This document shows positions 40,134 to 52,848 of a DNA stretch of 64,000 nucleotides, one piece after another (position 1 is the first letter of the stretch; every line of letters begins with the position of its first letter). Position numbers and translations under genes: made by a program. Where the stretch lies: assembly GCA_951406725.2 (NCBI GenBank), contig OX597838.1, forward strand, positions 35,650,001 through 35,714,000. Direction: 5' to 3'. The notes under the pieces are model-generated. The model saw only the letters and a list, made by a program, of their open reading frames with translations, ran no database searches and was not told where the DNA came from. This DNA is from Octopus vulgaris (Eukaryota).

Positions 40134-40634
40134 TATTTGAACACTGCTTCTTTAAAGCAGCGTTTTAATGCTCTAATTGCTGACAGTAGATTTGAGCATT
40201 GATTGTTACATTAGTTGGTATCAACTCAAAGTGGATGATTCCATTGCAATCCCACCAACAGAAAGAAGGACCTTCTTTGCATAGAATTCCCTTTTTGGTT
40301 GTGATTGGGCTTTTTCCCCTTCACCAAGCCGATGTCTACAATTCTTAACATTTTGATGAAAGACCCATTTTACGTCACCGGTCACCAGCCTGTCTAAAAA
40401 GGGTGAGATGAGTCCATGAGAACAAAGAGAAGAGAAGGTGTTCACTTGGGATTTGTGGTTGGCTTCAGATAAATCACGAAGTACCCATTTTCAGAGTTTT
40501 GGGACCTTTCCAAGCTGTTGAAGATGGCAGTGAACAATTGTATGGCTTGAACAAAGCTTGTTTGCCAATTCTTCAACTGAAACTGCAAGATCTTTTTCAA
40601 GTTCTATCAAAAGGCACTTGACATCAAACTTAAT

Positions 40635-41132
40635 TGGATGTCTTGTTTGGACATGCATAAGATCTGGTCATCAAATCTAAGTAGAGACTTCAAACTTGAA
40701 ATCTTCAAAGCCACAGTCAAACCAATTCTACTATATGGCTCAGAAACTTGGACGTTATCAAAGAAGCTTGAGAGGTGGTTGGATGGAACCTACACTCGCC
40801 TCCTTATGAGAGCTCAAAATCTCTCGTGGAGGCACCATCCAACCAAAGTACAAATATATGGGAAACTACCACCTGTGTCATCTCTTGTGAAAGGTAGAAG
40901 AGTCCAGTTTGCTGGACATTGTTGTAGAGCTGAAAACGAGGCAATTTCTACTCTTCTCCTCTGGAAGCCATCTACTCACAATACCAGAGGGCACACACTC
41001 TCCTACCCTGATGTAATCTCTAGGGATACAGGCATACAGCAACAGGACCTCCGTAATGCCATGATGGACTGTGAAGTCTGGCGTAGCATGGTAAATTCCA
41101 TTGTCTCGACCACGGTCGAACAATGATGATGA
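40635..41132 (+). mobile_element. 5'-truncated RTE-clade LINE, copy 2, open frame to the stop, (TGA)n tail
   Basis: ORF 40638-41126 KIWSSNLSRDFKLEIFKATVKPILLYGSETW...FAGHCCR...; stop codon is part of the TGATGATGA tail. Confidence 0.88.
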
Positions 41133-41358
41133 ATGAAGGCTGAAATCTCCACTTCTAAATTTTACACACCATCTTCTGCACTCTTCTCCATAAGCTGAGT
41201 GGATATTTGAAGTCGCTTTCGCTGCAGAGTTGCCCTTTTTAGACTCATGAAGTATTATGTGCTTCAAATGCTCCTTAGGAACTACCATGTCTGAAGAGCT
41301 ATAATTCGTGAAATTTCAATTAGATTATCCTGCTTGATGCCATTAGACATTCTAAAAT

Positions 41359-41591
41359 GCTTATTTCTTTATTACCCACAAGGGGCTAAACATAGAGGGG
41401 ACAAACAAGGACAGACTTAGGTATTATGTCGATTACATCGACCCCAGTGCGTAACTGGTACTTAATTTATCGACCCCGAAAGGATGAAAGGCAAAGTCGA
41501 CCTAGGCGGAATTTGAACTCACAACGTAACGGCAGACGAAGTACCGCAAAGCATTTCGCCCGGTGTGCTAACGCTTCTGCTAGCTCGCCTT
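41359..41591 (-). mobile_element. SINE-C full-length with 13-bp TSD
   Basis: GACATTCTAAAAT at 41346-41358 and 41592-41604; central GCCTTTCATCCTTTCGGGGTCGATAAA resembles the Meta/MESC SINE domain (from memory). Confidence 0.88.
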
Positions 41592-41667
41592 GACATTCTA
41601 AAATACTGTTAAAGCATTCACAAATTGAAAATATAGAAGTCTGGACATCACTTATGGGATGATCTAA

Positions 41668-42207
<540 letters not shown>

Positions 42208-42212
42208 CCCAA

Positions 42213-42655
42213 ACCATCATCATCATCACCATCTTTGTTGTTTAACATCTGCTTTCCATGCTGGCCTGGGCTGAATTGTTTGAGAACTGGCAGGCCAAGA
42301 GGTTGTACCAGGCTCCAATCTGATTTGGCAAGATTTTTACAGCTGGACACCCTTCCTAATGCTAACAACCCCAAAGAGTTTAGTGGGTGTTTTTTTTACA
42401 TACCACTGGCATGGGAGCCACTCAGGTGGCTCTGGCATCAGCCGTGCTTGAAAGGTGCTTTTTACGTGCCACTGGCATGCGTGCTAGTCAGGCAGCACCA
42501 ACTTCAGTCATACTGGGATGCTGTTTTTTATGTGCCACCAGCATGGCGTATCAACCAACGATGGAAGACAGCTTGTGAATGAGCCAGTTATGCGACACTG
42601 GAATCGGCCACGACTACAATCTCACTTGGCTTGCTGGGTCTTCTCAAACATGTCA
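42213..42655 (-). mobile_element. Old family E copy extending towards the RTE ORF end
   Basis: Tail (CAT)n...TTTAACATC, degenerate units, then rc TTTGAGAAGACCCAGCAAGCCAAGTGA (EKTQQAK*). Confidence 0.6.
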
Positions 42656-42732
42656 TATCTCCAAAGGTCTATATATACATAGACACATGCATGTGCACAC
42701 ACACACAATTATATTCATATATATATATATGT

Positions 42733-43039
42733 GGAGGCGCAATGGCCCAGTGGTTAGGGCAGCAGACTCGCAGTCGGAGGATTGCGGTTTCGATTCCCAG
42801 ACCGGGCGTTGTGAGTGTTTATTGAGCGAAAACACCTAAAAGCTCCACGAGGCTCCGGCAGGGATGGTGGTGATCCTTGCTGTACTCTTTCGCCACAACT
42901 TTCTCTCACTCTTTCTTCTGTTGGCCTGCTCGCTTAGCCAGTGGGGTGGCATCAGTCAAAGGCTAAAACAATGTGAACGCATTGTGACCAGCGACGTGTA
43001 ACAACATCTGATGGTCTGGTCGGTCATGTGATCACGTGA
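42733..43039 (+). mobile_element. tRNA-derived SINE, B head with alternative tail
   Basis: A box TGGCCCAGTGG, B box GTTTCGATTCC; first ~180 bp shared with 63410-63790, tail unrelated and ending (GTGATCAC)n. Confidence 0.85.
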
Positions 43040-43218
43040 CATATATACATATACAGGTTCTTCATTGACTGAGTTATGGACTGGTGATTTGTCTCTTAAT
43101 TAGTTATATACATATATTATATATCATATATTACGAAATTCAGTCTAATATTATTATACTGAATTTTACCTGTAAGGTTGGAATAATAATTTATTCCTTA
43201 TTATTATTATTATTATTT

Positions 43219-43251
<33 letters not shown>

Positions 43252-43819
43252 ATATATATAGACATACACATATTTATACACACATGTATTTATATAAAAA
43301 TAAATGTGAATGTGTGTATATATACATATATATATATATCCATACATACATACATACACACACATTAATATATAAACACATGTGTGTGTGTGTGTATATA
43401 TACATATATATATACAATAATATATACACATTAAATCTTGAATTTAATGGACCTTGTTCAACAGATTTCTGATTTAATGTACTGAATAAAGGCAGTAATG
43501 CAATACTGTCCTACCAATGTGGTCACGCCAAATACACTTTTCCTATGACACTGTCAAGAAGGGAAGTTCTTTATTAGAATTTGATATATTTTATATTGCA
43601 TGCAAGTATGTATGGTGTAGAGAGAGTTTCTTCTTTTTTTCCTGTTTTTTTCAATGATAAATAGTAAGAAATGATTCCTAGGTTGCGTCCAATAACAGAC
43701 TTTTTTGCACTTGTGCACATGTACACATGGGCTTGGCCCTTCATCACGCTTTAACCATTTAGCACTTAGCTTTCTCTTTCAAGTGCAATGCTTATTTGTT
43801 TATATTGTTTTGAATTTAA

Positions 43820-44039
43820 CCCTTTCGTTACCAACCAGGCTGAAACCAGCTCTGGCTCTGAGTACAAATGTCTTGTTTCCATAAGTTTTGAATTAAAATC
43901 TTCCACCAAGCCTTAGTCCCAATTTACGTTCCTAACACTAGCTTAATGATGACTAAGTTATTTTACTAAATTCTTTGTTATATTTGAAATAATTGAAAGA
44001 AACACAGAGCATCTCAACAGAAATATGGTAACCAAAGGG
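43820..44039 (+). mobile_element. piggyBac-type MITE family I, copy a
   Basis: TTAA|CCCTTTCGTTACC...GGTAACCAAAGGG|TTAA (13-bp TIR, one mismatch). Confidence 0.88.
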
Positions 44040-44070
44040 TTAAAATATATAATAGAGAAACAATCCTTAA

Positions 44071-44292
44071 CCCTTTCAATACCAACCCGGCTGAAACTGG
44101 CTCTGGCTCTGTCGTACAAATGTCTTGTTTTCATAAGTTTTGAATTAAAATCTTCCACCAAACCTTTAGTCACAATTTATGTTTCTAACACTAGCTCAAT
44201 GATAACTAAGTTATTTTACTAAATTCTTTGTTATATTTAAAGTATTTGAAAGAAACACAGAGCATCTCAAAATAAATACGATAATGAAAGGG
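44071..44292 (+). mobile_element. piggyBac-type MITE family I, copy b
   Basis: TTAA|CCCTTTCAATAC...ATAATGAAAGGG|TTAA. Confidence 0.88.
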
Positions 44293-44554
44293 TTAATCAC
44301 GCCTTTATCTTGTAGCTTTGAGATTTGGGCGATGGGATTGTTTATTTTTAGAATGACTTAGGAAAGGTAAGGTATAAGAAGAGTACCTGAATGTAAGAAT
44401 ATTTTGGCCGGGTATGGGTCAGTTTGAATGCTAAAGGATTGATCCAGTGGTTAACAACCATTTTCTGCTTTTGGATTCCTTTGATTCTTAATTTACTCCA
44501 CTGGACCTCCATAACCAGTCAGTTTATATGAAAGAAATCTTACTGAATTTTTAA

Positions 44555-44745
44555 GCATGGCTACATGGTAAGAAGCTTGCTTCCTAACTACATGGTCCTG
44601 GGTTCAGGCCCACTGAATGGCACCTTGGGCAAGTGTCTTCTATGACCTCAGGTGACCAAAGTCTTGTGAGAGGATATGGTTGATTGAAACTGAAAGAAGC
44701 CTGGTACATACATACATACATACATACATACATACATACATACAT

Positions 44746-44792
<47 letters not shown>

Positions 44793-44850
44793 AAGTTGTG
44801 TGTATGTGTCTGTGTTTGTCCCCACCACTGCTTGACAATCCCTGTAACTT
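44555..44850 (+). mobile_element. Older SINE-A copy (partial)
   Basis: Degenerate head, CCTTGGGCAAGTGTCTTC, (CATA)n centre, TGTGTTTGTCCCC. Confidence 0.7.
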
Positions 44851-45015
44851 ATAAAGTAGTAGGTATTTAAAATGAAAATACTTTTTATATGGTGAGATGA
44901 AGGGGCCTACTATCTCTAAATGAAAATATATAAATTCCTTCATTGAGAATAATTTGAACATCTGTTATGCCGGAATTTTTATTCCCTAAAAAATAAAATT
45001 ATATATATATATATA

Positions 45016-45372
45016 ACGGGAAGGTTTACGAAAATAAACAAAAGACAAAGGCAGGTTTACGAAAATAAACAAAAGACGAAGGCAGGTGGAGTACAAACAA
45101 ACAATTGTATTAGTATGGGCTCAGGAATAGAAATAAAACATATATATATATATATATATATAATGGGAAGGTTTACGAAAATAAACAAAAGACGAAGGCA
45201 GGTGGAGTACAAACAAACAATTGTATTAGTATGGTGCTCAGGAATAGAAATAAAACAAGTCTTTTACATTTCAAGCCTACACTCTTCGACAGAAAGATAC
45301 ACAGAAAAGAAACAAGGAGAGAAATGAGGAGAGAAAGAAATTGCATGTAGGGGCTAACGATCCAACATGGCG
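45016..45372 (-). mobile_element. Family G-related repeat with partial tandem copies and a decayed minimal hammerhead (45260-45297)
   Basis: rc TCTTT-CTGTCGA-A-GAG-tgtagg-CTT-GAAAT-GTA-AAAGA; shares TCCTGAGC...TAATAC with family G; three tandem copies of one end in (TA)n. Confidence 0.7.
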
Positions 45373-45499
45373 TTATACATACAGGCATAAATATATATAT
45401 AAACACATACACGCACATACACAATGTGTATTTATATATGTATATGAGTGTTCATATGTGTATATATAGACACCTGCGTATATGTGTATATATAGACAA

Positions 45500-45735
45500 G
45501 GCGGCGAGCTGGCAGAAACGTTAGCACGCCGGGCGAAATACGTAGCTGTATTTTTTTGTCTGCCATTATGTTCTGAGTTCAAATTGCGCCGAGGTCGACT
45601 TTGCCTTTCATCCTTCCAGGGTTGATAAATTAAGTACCGGTTATGCACTTGGGTCAATATAATCGACTTAATACTTTGTCCTTGTTTGTCCCCTCTATGT
45701 GGTAATATTACCCTCTTGTGGGTAATAAAGAAATA
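45500..45735 (+). mobile_element. SINE-C full-length
   Basis: GGCGGCGAGCTGGCAGAAACGTTAGC...GAGTTCAAATT...AATAAAGAAAT. Confidence 0.88.
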
Positions 45736-46176
45736 TATATATAGACAGCTGCATGAGTGAATGCAAAACACACTGTCATTGTCATTAAAAGTATTGATCA
45801 ATAGTATTACTTAAACAACAGATGCAGTTTCATGAGCAAAGTTATTAGAATGGCTTTGCTCGTGTGAAGTTTGAGACACAATATTACCACAAGAACCAGA
45901 AGAGAAGACAAAAACATGAGCTTGAAGCAGCTGCTTTTGCAGATGCCACTCACAAAGGCTTTTTTTTTCTTTTAAATAAAGGAAGACAAAGAAAAACGTT
46001 TTCTTCAAACTTTTGTTTCATATTTCGAAAGAAAAGCAGGCTTTGATTACCAGTTGATGATCGGAAATGAGTGACCCCGAGTCCTGGAAACTGGAGCCTT
46101 TCAGTTATAACATATTAATGAATACTCTATACTCTCATTGATTCCCGTAGTTTGTTGCTTCTAGTGAATCAAGATA

Positions 46177-46591
46177 TACTCTTTTTACTCTTTTACTTGT
46201 TTCAGTCATTTGACTGTGGCCATGCTGGAGCACCGCCTTTAATCGAGCAAATCGACCCCAGGACTTATTCTTTGTAAGCCCAGTACTTATTCTATTGGTA
46301 TCTTTTGCCAAACCGCTAAGTGACGGGGACGTAAACACACCAGCATCGGTGTGAAGCAATGCTAGGTGGACAAACACAGACACACAAACACATACACACA
46401 TATATATATATACATATATACATATATACGACAGGCTTCTTTCAGTTTCTGTCTACCAAATCCACTCACAAGGCTTTGGTCAGCTCGGGGCTATAGCAGA
46501 AGACACTTGCCCAAGATGACACGCAGTGGGACTGAACCCAGAACCATGTGGTTGGTTAGCAAGCTACTTACCACACAGCCACTCCTGCACC
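46177..46591 (-). mobile_element. SINE-A full-length
   Basis: Reverse complement consensus match. Confidence 0.92.
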
Positions 46592-46622
46592 TTATATATT
46601 ATATATTCATATATTCTGCTAT

Positions 46623-46972
46623 TCTTTTACTTGTTTCAGTCATTTGACTGTGGCCATGCTGGAGTACCACCTTAAAGGGTTTTTAGTTGAAGAAATTGAC
46701 CCCTTTGTAAGCCTACTACTTATTCTGTTGGTCACTTTTGCAAAACCACTAAGTTATGGGGACATAAACACACCAACGTCAGTTGTCAAGTGATGGTGCC
46801 CCCCACTACATATATACGATGGGCTTCTTTCAGTTTCCGTCTACCAAATCCACTTGCAAGGCATTGGCTGGTCCTTAGGCTATAGTAGAAAGCACTTGCC
46901 CAAGGTGCCATGCAGTGGGACTGAACCCGGAACCTTGTGGCTGGAAAGAAAGCTTCTTATCACACAGCTATG
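46623..46972 (-). mobile_element. SINE-A older subfamily copy
   Basis: Same architecture, more diverged, extra AAGGGTTTTTAG segment. Confidence 0.8.
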
Positions 46973-46978
46973 TCTTTG

Positions 46979-47014
<36 letters not shown>

Positions 47015-47164
47015 AAATGATGATGATATATATGTATGTGTGTGTGTATATATATATGTACTAGCTGAATTACCCTGCATTGCTTGCGTTTCTGCTGTTT
47101 TTATTCAAATTAGTAAACAATAAATATGAAGATATATTTTTTTCTCATAATTATTTGGCCGTTG

Positions 47165-47628
47165 ACAGCACCACCCTGATTGGCCTCCATGTTGGTGGCA
47201 CGTAAAAAGCACCATCCGATCGTGGCCATTTGCCAGCCTCATCTGGCACCTGTGCCGGTGGCACGTGAAAAGCACCATCCGATCATGGCCGTTTTCCAGC
47301 TTTGCCTGGCCTCTGTGCCGGTGGCACGTGAAAAGCACCATCCAATCATGGCCATTTGCCAGCCTCATCTGGCACCTGTGCCGGTGGCACGTGAAAAGCA
47401 CCATCCAATCATGGTCGTTTGCCAGCCTCATCTGGGCTCCATACCGGTGGCACGTAAAAAGCACCCACTACACTCACGGAGTGGTTGGCGTTAGGAAGGG
47501 CATCCAGCTGTAGAAACATTGCCAGATCAGACTGGGCCTGGTGCAGCCTTCTGGCTTCCCAGACCCCAGTTAAACCATCCAACCCATGCTAGCATGGAAA
47601 GCGGACTTTAAATGATGATGATGATGAT
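47165..47628 (+). mobile_element. Family E with four 63-bp units
   Basis: Unit spacing 63 bp (CACGTG at 47262, 47325, 47388); (GAT)n tail. Confidence 0.8.
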
Positions 47629-48093
47629 CTATATTTTATTTTAAAAATATCTAAATTGTAATAATAACAGAATTTTGAACTGAAAATCTGTCGGTCTTGA
47701 AGCACTTTAGGGTAAACAATATTCTTTGTGTAATTTTTTGTTGGTGTCGAAATGAATAAAAAATTGTTGCTTCTTCTAGCTCGTGAGCAACCAGCATAGA
47801 GTTGGCCACGGGAGAAGCATGTAGTATAGAGATGAAGTTCAACTACCTTAAGGGATTGACTCTGAGATTTGTTAATTGAAATACCAAAACTTAGTTTGGC
47901 CAAAACTTAGTTCAAATGGATCATTTATGTATGAGAGGAATTTTTGGAATAAACACATTTTCCTCCATTGTGACTACCTGTTATGCTTGTTGCCTGTAGG
48001 ACACGGGGCTTCATGGAAGTAACTATTGAGTTCCATTTCACAGGCAAGGTTTGTCAAAGTTTGTCAAGCAACATAATGGAAGCATCCATAATA

Positions 48094-48258
48094 GGTGCAG
48101 GAGTGGCTGTGTGGTAAGTAGCTTGCTTACCAACCACACAGTTCCGGGTTCAGTCCCACTGCGTGACACCTTGGGCAAGTGTCTTCTGCTATAGCCCCAG
48201 GCCGACCAAAGCCTTGTGAGTGGATTTGGCAGACGGAAACTGAAAGAAGCCTGTCGTA

Positions 48259-48302
<44 letters not shown>

Positions 48303-48523
48303 CGTGTGTGTTTGTGTGTCTGTGTTTGTCCCCCTAGCATTGCTTGACAACCGATGCTGGTGTGTTTACGTCTCCGTCACTTAGCGGTTTGGCAAAAGAG
48401 ACCGATAGAATAAGTACTGGGCTTACAAAGAATAAGTCCCGGGGTTGATTTGCTCAACTAAAAGGCGGTGCTCCAGCATGGCCCCAGTCAAATGACTGAA
48501 ACAAGTAAAAGAGTAAAAGAGTA
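48094..48523 (+). mobile_element. SINE-A full-length inserted in the Helitron helicase frame
   Basis: Consensus match; ATCCA on both sides. Confidence 0.92.
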
Positions 48524-48889
48524 TCCAGTTTTAGTGTCAAGGTACGCAGTGGCATCCCAGTGGGTTTGAGTGTGTTCAGAAATCCAACAGGGCATTGAAC
48601 TGCCTGCTCTTGATCGACTGTTATGTGAATTGAAGGAAAGTCATCTCTGATGTATCTGTTAACTTTTGAAGTTCATGATTGAGTTTATCAACCATTTCAT
48701 TAGGTGGAGCCACTATAGCTCTTTGACATGGCCAGTTTACATCAGTGTAATTGACAATTGCACATGTACTCACACATACATATACATTGTCACATACATA
48801 CATTCTCACATACATACACTTAGACAGATGCACACACAGACATACATTTACGTAATGAATGCGCAAACACACACACACACTCACAAACA

Positions 48890-49320
48890 CATACTCATAT
48901 ACAAAACGTATCAAGGTGGTGCATAAAATGTCCTTTACTACGTGGTACATAACAAATGGGCAAATACACACACACTCACAGACACATATACACTCATATA
49001 CAAAATATACCATGGAGGTGGTGGTATAGAATGCCCTTTACTATGTCATATGTAGCGCATGCACAAACACACACACTGACAGGCACATATACAAAATGTG
49101 TTGTCCTTGTGGTATAAAATCTTCATTACTGTGCAAACACAGAAACACTGACAGACATGTTCACATTCATATACAAAATGTGTCATTGTGATCATTGTAT
49201 AAAATGTGTTTTACTATGTTGTACATAACAAATGCGCAAACACACACATACACTCTCATCTGCAAAATGTGATGTCGTAGTTGTTGTGGTGGTGGTATAA
49301 AAGGTGCTGTACTATAGTTG
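48890..49320. repeat. Degenerate ~90-110-bp tandem repeat, ~5 copies
   Basis: Recurring CATATACAAAA...GGTGGTATAAAATG...TTTACTA...GCAAACACACAC. Confidence 0.65.
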
Positions 49321-49692
49321 ACTAAAGAAACATTAATTTTGAGAAAATGTTATATTGTTTTTATCCAAATGAAAATAAAAATTACATGTTGACACTCATG
49401 GGGTTTAATAGTATTACCTTGTAAAGACAGAGAGAATGACAAAGAATTTTATATGTATAGTGATGATGATGAGGATATGTGTGTGTGTATGATGATGATA
49501 TATGTGCTTATATGCACATGCACACACACAAACGCACACACACGCACACATAAATGTCGAACAGTGAGAAAGAGCGCTCAACATTGCATTGGCAGGTAAA
49601 GAATCTTTACTTGTAAATTAAGGCTACCATTGGTTTCATGCTAAGAAAATATCTTAACGATTTGTCAAGCTGATCGCTTGGAGAAATTTTTC

Positions 49693-49729
<37 letters not shown>

Positions 49730-50479
49730 TAGGCTTCTTTCATTTTCCATTTACCGAATTCACTTACAAGACTTTATACATGAATGTTGGAAAGGGAGCT
49801 TCTTAATTATACATCGATTGATTCTATTGGAACAATTTAGTTGGGTGTGTCTTGAGCTTTCTTTTTTTGTCTGGCAGATACAATAGAGACAACAGTCATA
49901 TCCTCAGTTATCTCTGAATTTTTTTGTCATTACTATTTGCCTCTTGTTATTACAGCTGGTTGCTTTCCCTTTTGCTAGTCTTATGGATAGATATTAATTG
50001 AAAGAAAACATTATCTATCTGTGTGTATTCGTCTGTGTATGTGTGTGCATATATATATATATAGAAAGACAGAGCTGAATACATGAATCCCCTTCTATTC
50101 TTTCTGATTTTCAACTATGGCCATGCTAGTGCGTTGCTTATAGTGATGTTATTTTATCATATTGATCTCAATATTTTATCTTATATTACATATTTCATCA
50201 TCAACATCACTTTGGATCCTCTTTAGATGATGACATATGCTAATAGGTCATCATGTCCCAATTCAACATACACACACACACGTGTGTATGTGTATATAAT
50301 ATATATATAATAATGATATTAGGGAGTATACTATCTGTTTGTTTTGCCTAATAGTGGTTTTATCACTAATTTAATTTATATATATATATATAGTTGAAAT
50401 TTATAGAAAAACATAAGATGAAGACAGGTGTATGATCAACAAGTAGGTGTATTAGTTTGAAGCTTGGGAAAGTGAGAAT

Positions 50480-50714
50480 GTATGTGTGTGTATATGTCTG
50501 TGTGTCTGTGTTTGTCCCTCTAGCATTGCTTAACAGCTGATGCTGGTGTGTTTACGTCCCTGTCACTTAGCGGTTCGGCAAAAGAGACCGATAGAATAAG
50601 TACTGGGCTTACAAAAGAATAAGTCTCGGGGTCAAGTTGCTCGATTAAAGGCGGTGCTCCAGCATGGCCGCAGTCAAATGACTGAAACAAGTCAAAGAGT
50701 AAAAGAGAGAGAGA
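50480..50714 (+). mobile_element. SINE-A 3' half, preceded by a G-like fragment (50396-50478)
   Basis: TGTGTTTGTCCCTCTAGC... to AAAGAGTAAAAGAG. Confidence 0.85.
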
Positions 50715-50976
50715 GCTGTTTGACCAATGCCAACATAGAAAACAAAGATAAAATGTTGATGATGATTGTTGTTGGTGTGTATAGATGAATGTCTATACTT
50801 TACAAAATAACCTGATGCTGATGGCAAGGGAGGTGATCTGGCTGTGGAGTACAACTTCAACAAGTCTCATCCTCTCCAGACCAACATGGTAAAAGAATAT
50901 GATGTAGACATGTATGTAGATGTATGTGTTGTCCTGTATATGCGTTTGTATATATTTGTGTAAAAACATATATTTC

Positions 50977-51060
<84 letters not shown>

Positions 51061-51356
51061 GCTGTTTAAAGGGTGTATATTAGTTTGTATGAAAATGTTT
51101 ACATCACACTGTATGGGAGATGTAAATACATACAGTCATGTATACACTGTATGCGTATACACACACACACATGATTACACAAACACACACACATATATAT
51201 ATATATATAAATACACATACATTATGTGTGTGTATATATATATATATATAAAATACACATACATTATGTGTGTGTATATATATATATATATATATAAATA
51301 CACATACATTATGTGTGTGTATATATATATATATATAAATACACATACATTATGTG

Positions 51357-51391
<35 letters not shown>

Positions 51392-52397
51392 TGTATATTG
51401 GCTTCTTTCTTTGTGTCTGTATACTGTATATGCATGCATATATATAGCTGTATGTGTGTATGTGTATACTTGCATGCACATGCACACACACACATACACA
51501 AACACACACACACACACACAGAGTTATGGCAAACAATTTGTGCATCTCTGTGCTTGTACGCATGTAACATGTAAGCCGAGTGGAAGAAACAGCTTTAATA
51601 TGAAGTTCTGCTAGATTGGTTCCTCGGGGACACACAAAGGCTTCTGGCTGGAAGGCAAGGGAGTAGTAGAATTAGTCGCACTTACTTAGCTAATGAAATC
51701 CTTCAGAAAAGTGTAACCCCTCTTTGTCAGTGTGATTACTGCGAAAGCAAAGTGAATGATCCATAGAAAAGCCCTCAGTTAAAACCAGATGGTGGTGGCA
51801 GGATGGTCGGGGTATAGACGGATAGGTTGGTTCTGTTTCTGATGTGTTACGGAGATAATTTGTAAAGTGAAGCTAATAGATCAACTTGTTGATTGGAATG
51901 GAAAGAGACTGTAAAGCAAGCCTTTCTCATAATAATAATAATAATAATAAGAAGAAGAAGAAGAAGAAGAGGGGAGGTTTGTGTTCAGGTAGTCAACATA
52001 TAATTTGGCTTTGTACCAGGCTTATAAAGAGTTGAGATAATAAGGCAATTTTAGAAGAGATAATGGGTCCACTGAACAATGTTATTGCAGCTTGACCCTT
52101 GTTGTGCGGCTTGGCTTGGCTTGCTTTGACTTGGACCCCCAACTTATAATGTTGCCACAGGGGTAGTTTCGAAATGTTATTATCATCATTGTTTAACATA
52201 CAGTTTTCATGCTTGCATGAGTCAGACAGAACTTGTTGGGGTGGACTTTCTCTGGCCGGGTACCCTTCCTGTTGCCAATCCTCACCTGTCTCCAAGTAAG
52301 GTAATATTTTCCCACGATCGGATATATGTTGGAAGATTGGAAACTGAGGACACTGCTTGCATGGTGGTGACACCACTTACAACCATCACACTATACC

Positions 52398-52624
52398 TAT
52401 ATCTTTAATACCCGCAAGGGGCTAAACACAGAAGGGACAAACAAGGACAGAAAAACGGATTGAGCCGATTATATCGACTCCAGTGCGTAACTGGTACTTA
52501 TTGACCCCGAAAGGATGAAAAGCAAAGTTGACCTCGGCGGAATTTGAACTCAGAACGTAGCGGCAGACGAAATACCGCTAAGCATTTCGCCCGGCATGCT
52601 AATGATTCTCCCAGCTCGCCGCCT
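52398..52624 (-). mobile_element. SINE-C with 12-bp TSD
   Basis: TCACACTATACC at 52386-52397 and 52625-52636. Confidence 0.9.
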
Positions 52625-52677
52625 TCACACTATACCAAAGTGAAGAGACAATAGCACACACATTCACACACACACAC

Positions 52678-52836
52678 ATGAGAGGCTTCTTTCAGTTTCC
52701 ATCTACCAAACCCATTGACAAGGCTTTGGGCAGCCTGGGGCTATAGTAGAAGACACTTTACCAATGTGCATGCAATGGGATTGAACCCAAAATCATGAGG
52801 TTGGGAAGGAATGTACTTACCACACAGCCATTCCTG
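52678..52836 (-). mobile_element. Old SINE-A 5' half
   Basis: GGCTTCTTTCAGTTTCC...CTTACCACACAGCCA. Confidence 0.7.
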
Positions 52837-52848
52837 TATTTATATACT

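Larger units (their letters stand above)
43755..44438 (-). mobile_element. MITE family H host copy, split at its internal TTAA
   Basis: TTAA|CCATTTAGCA...GTTTTGAAT then resumes TCACGCC...GAATGCTAAAGGA. Confidence 0.65.
47061..48762 (-). mobile_element. Helitron relic: Pif1-type helicase C-terminus plus 3' terminus, interrupted by SINE-A and family E
   Basis: NYTDVNWPCQRAIVAPPNEMVDKLN...AVQCPVGFLNTLKPTGMP...KLSFGISINKSQSQSLKVV...CFSRGQLYAGCSR...TKNIVYPKVL; 3' end rc ACGCAAGCAATGCAGGGTAATTCAGCTAG|T (decayed hairpin plus CTAG at 47061-47064). Confidence 0.88.

Noticed and set aside
40638-41126. 162-aa ORF as a host gene
   Set aside because: It is the 5'-truncated end of an RTE LINE with a near-identical stop-containing paralog at 38071-38505.
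46051-46095. Possible hammerhead or C/D snoRNA (CCAGTTGATGA...GAAACTGG)
   Set aside because: Stem II does not abut GAAA, there is no stem III or UH site, and no box D.
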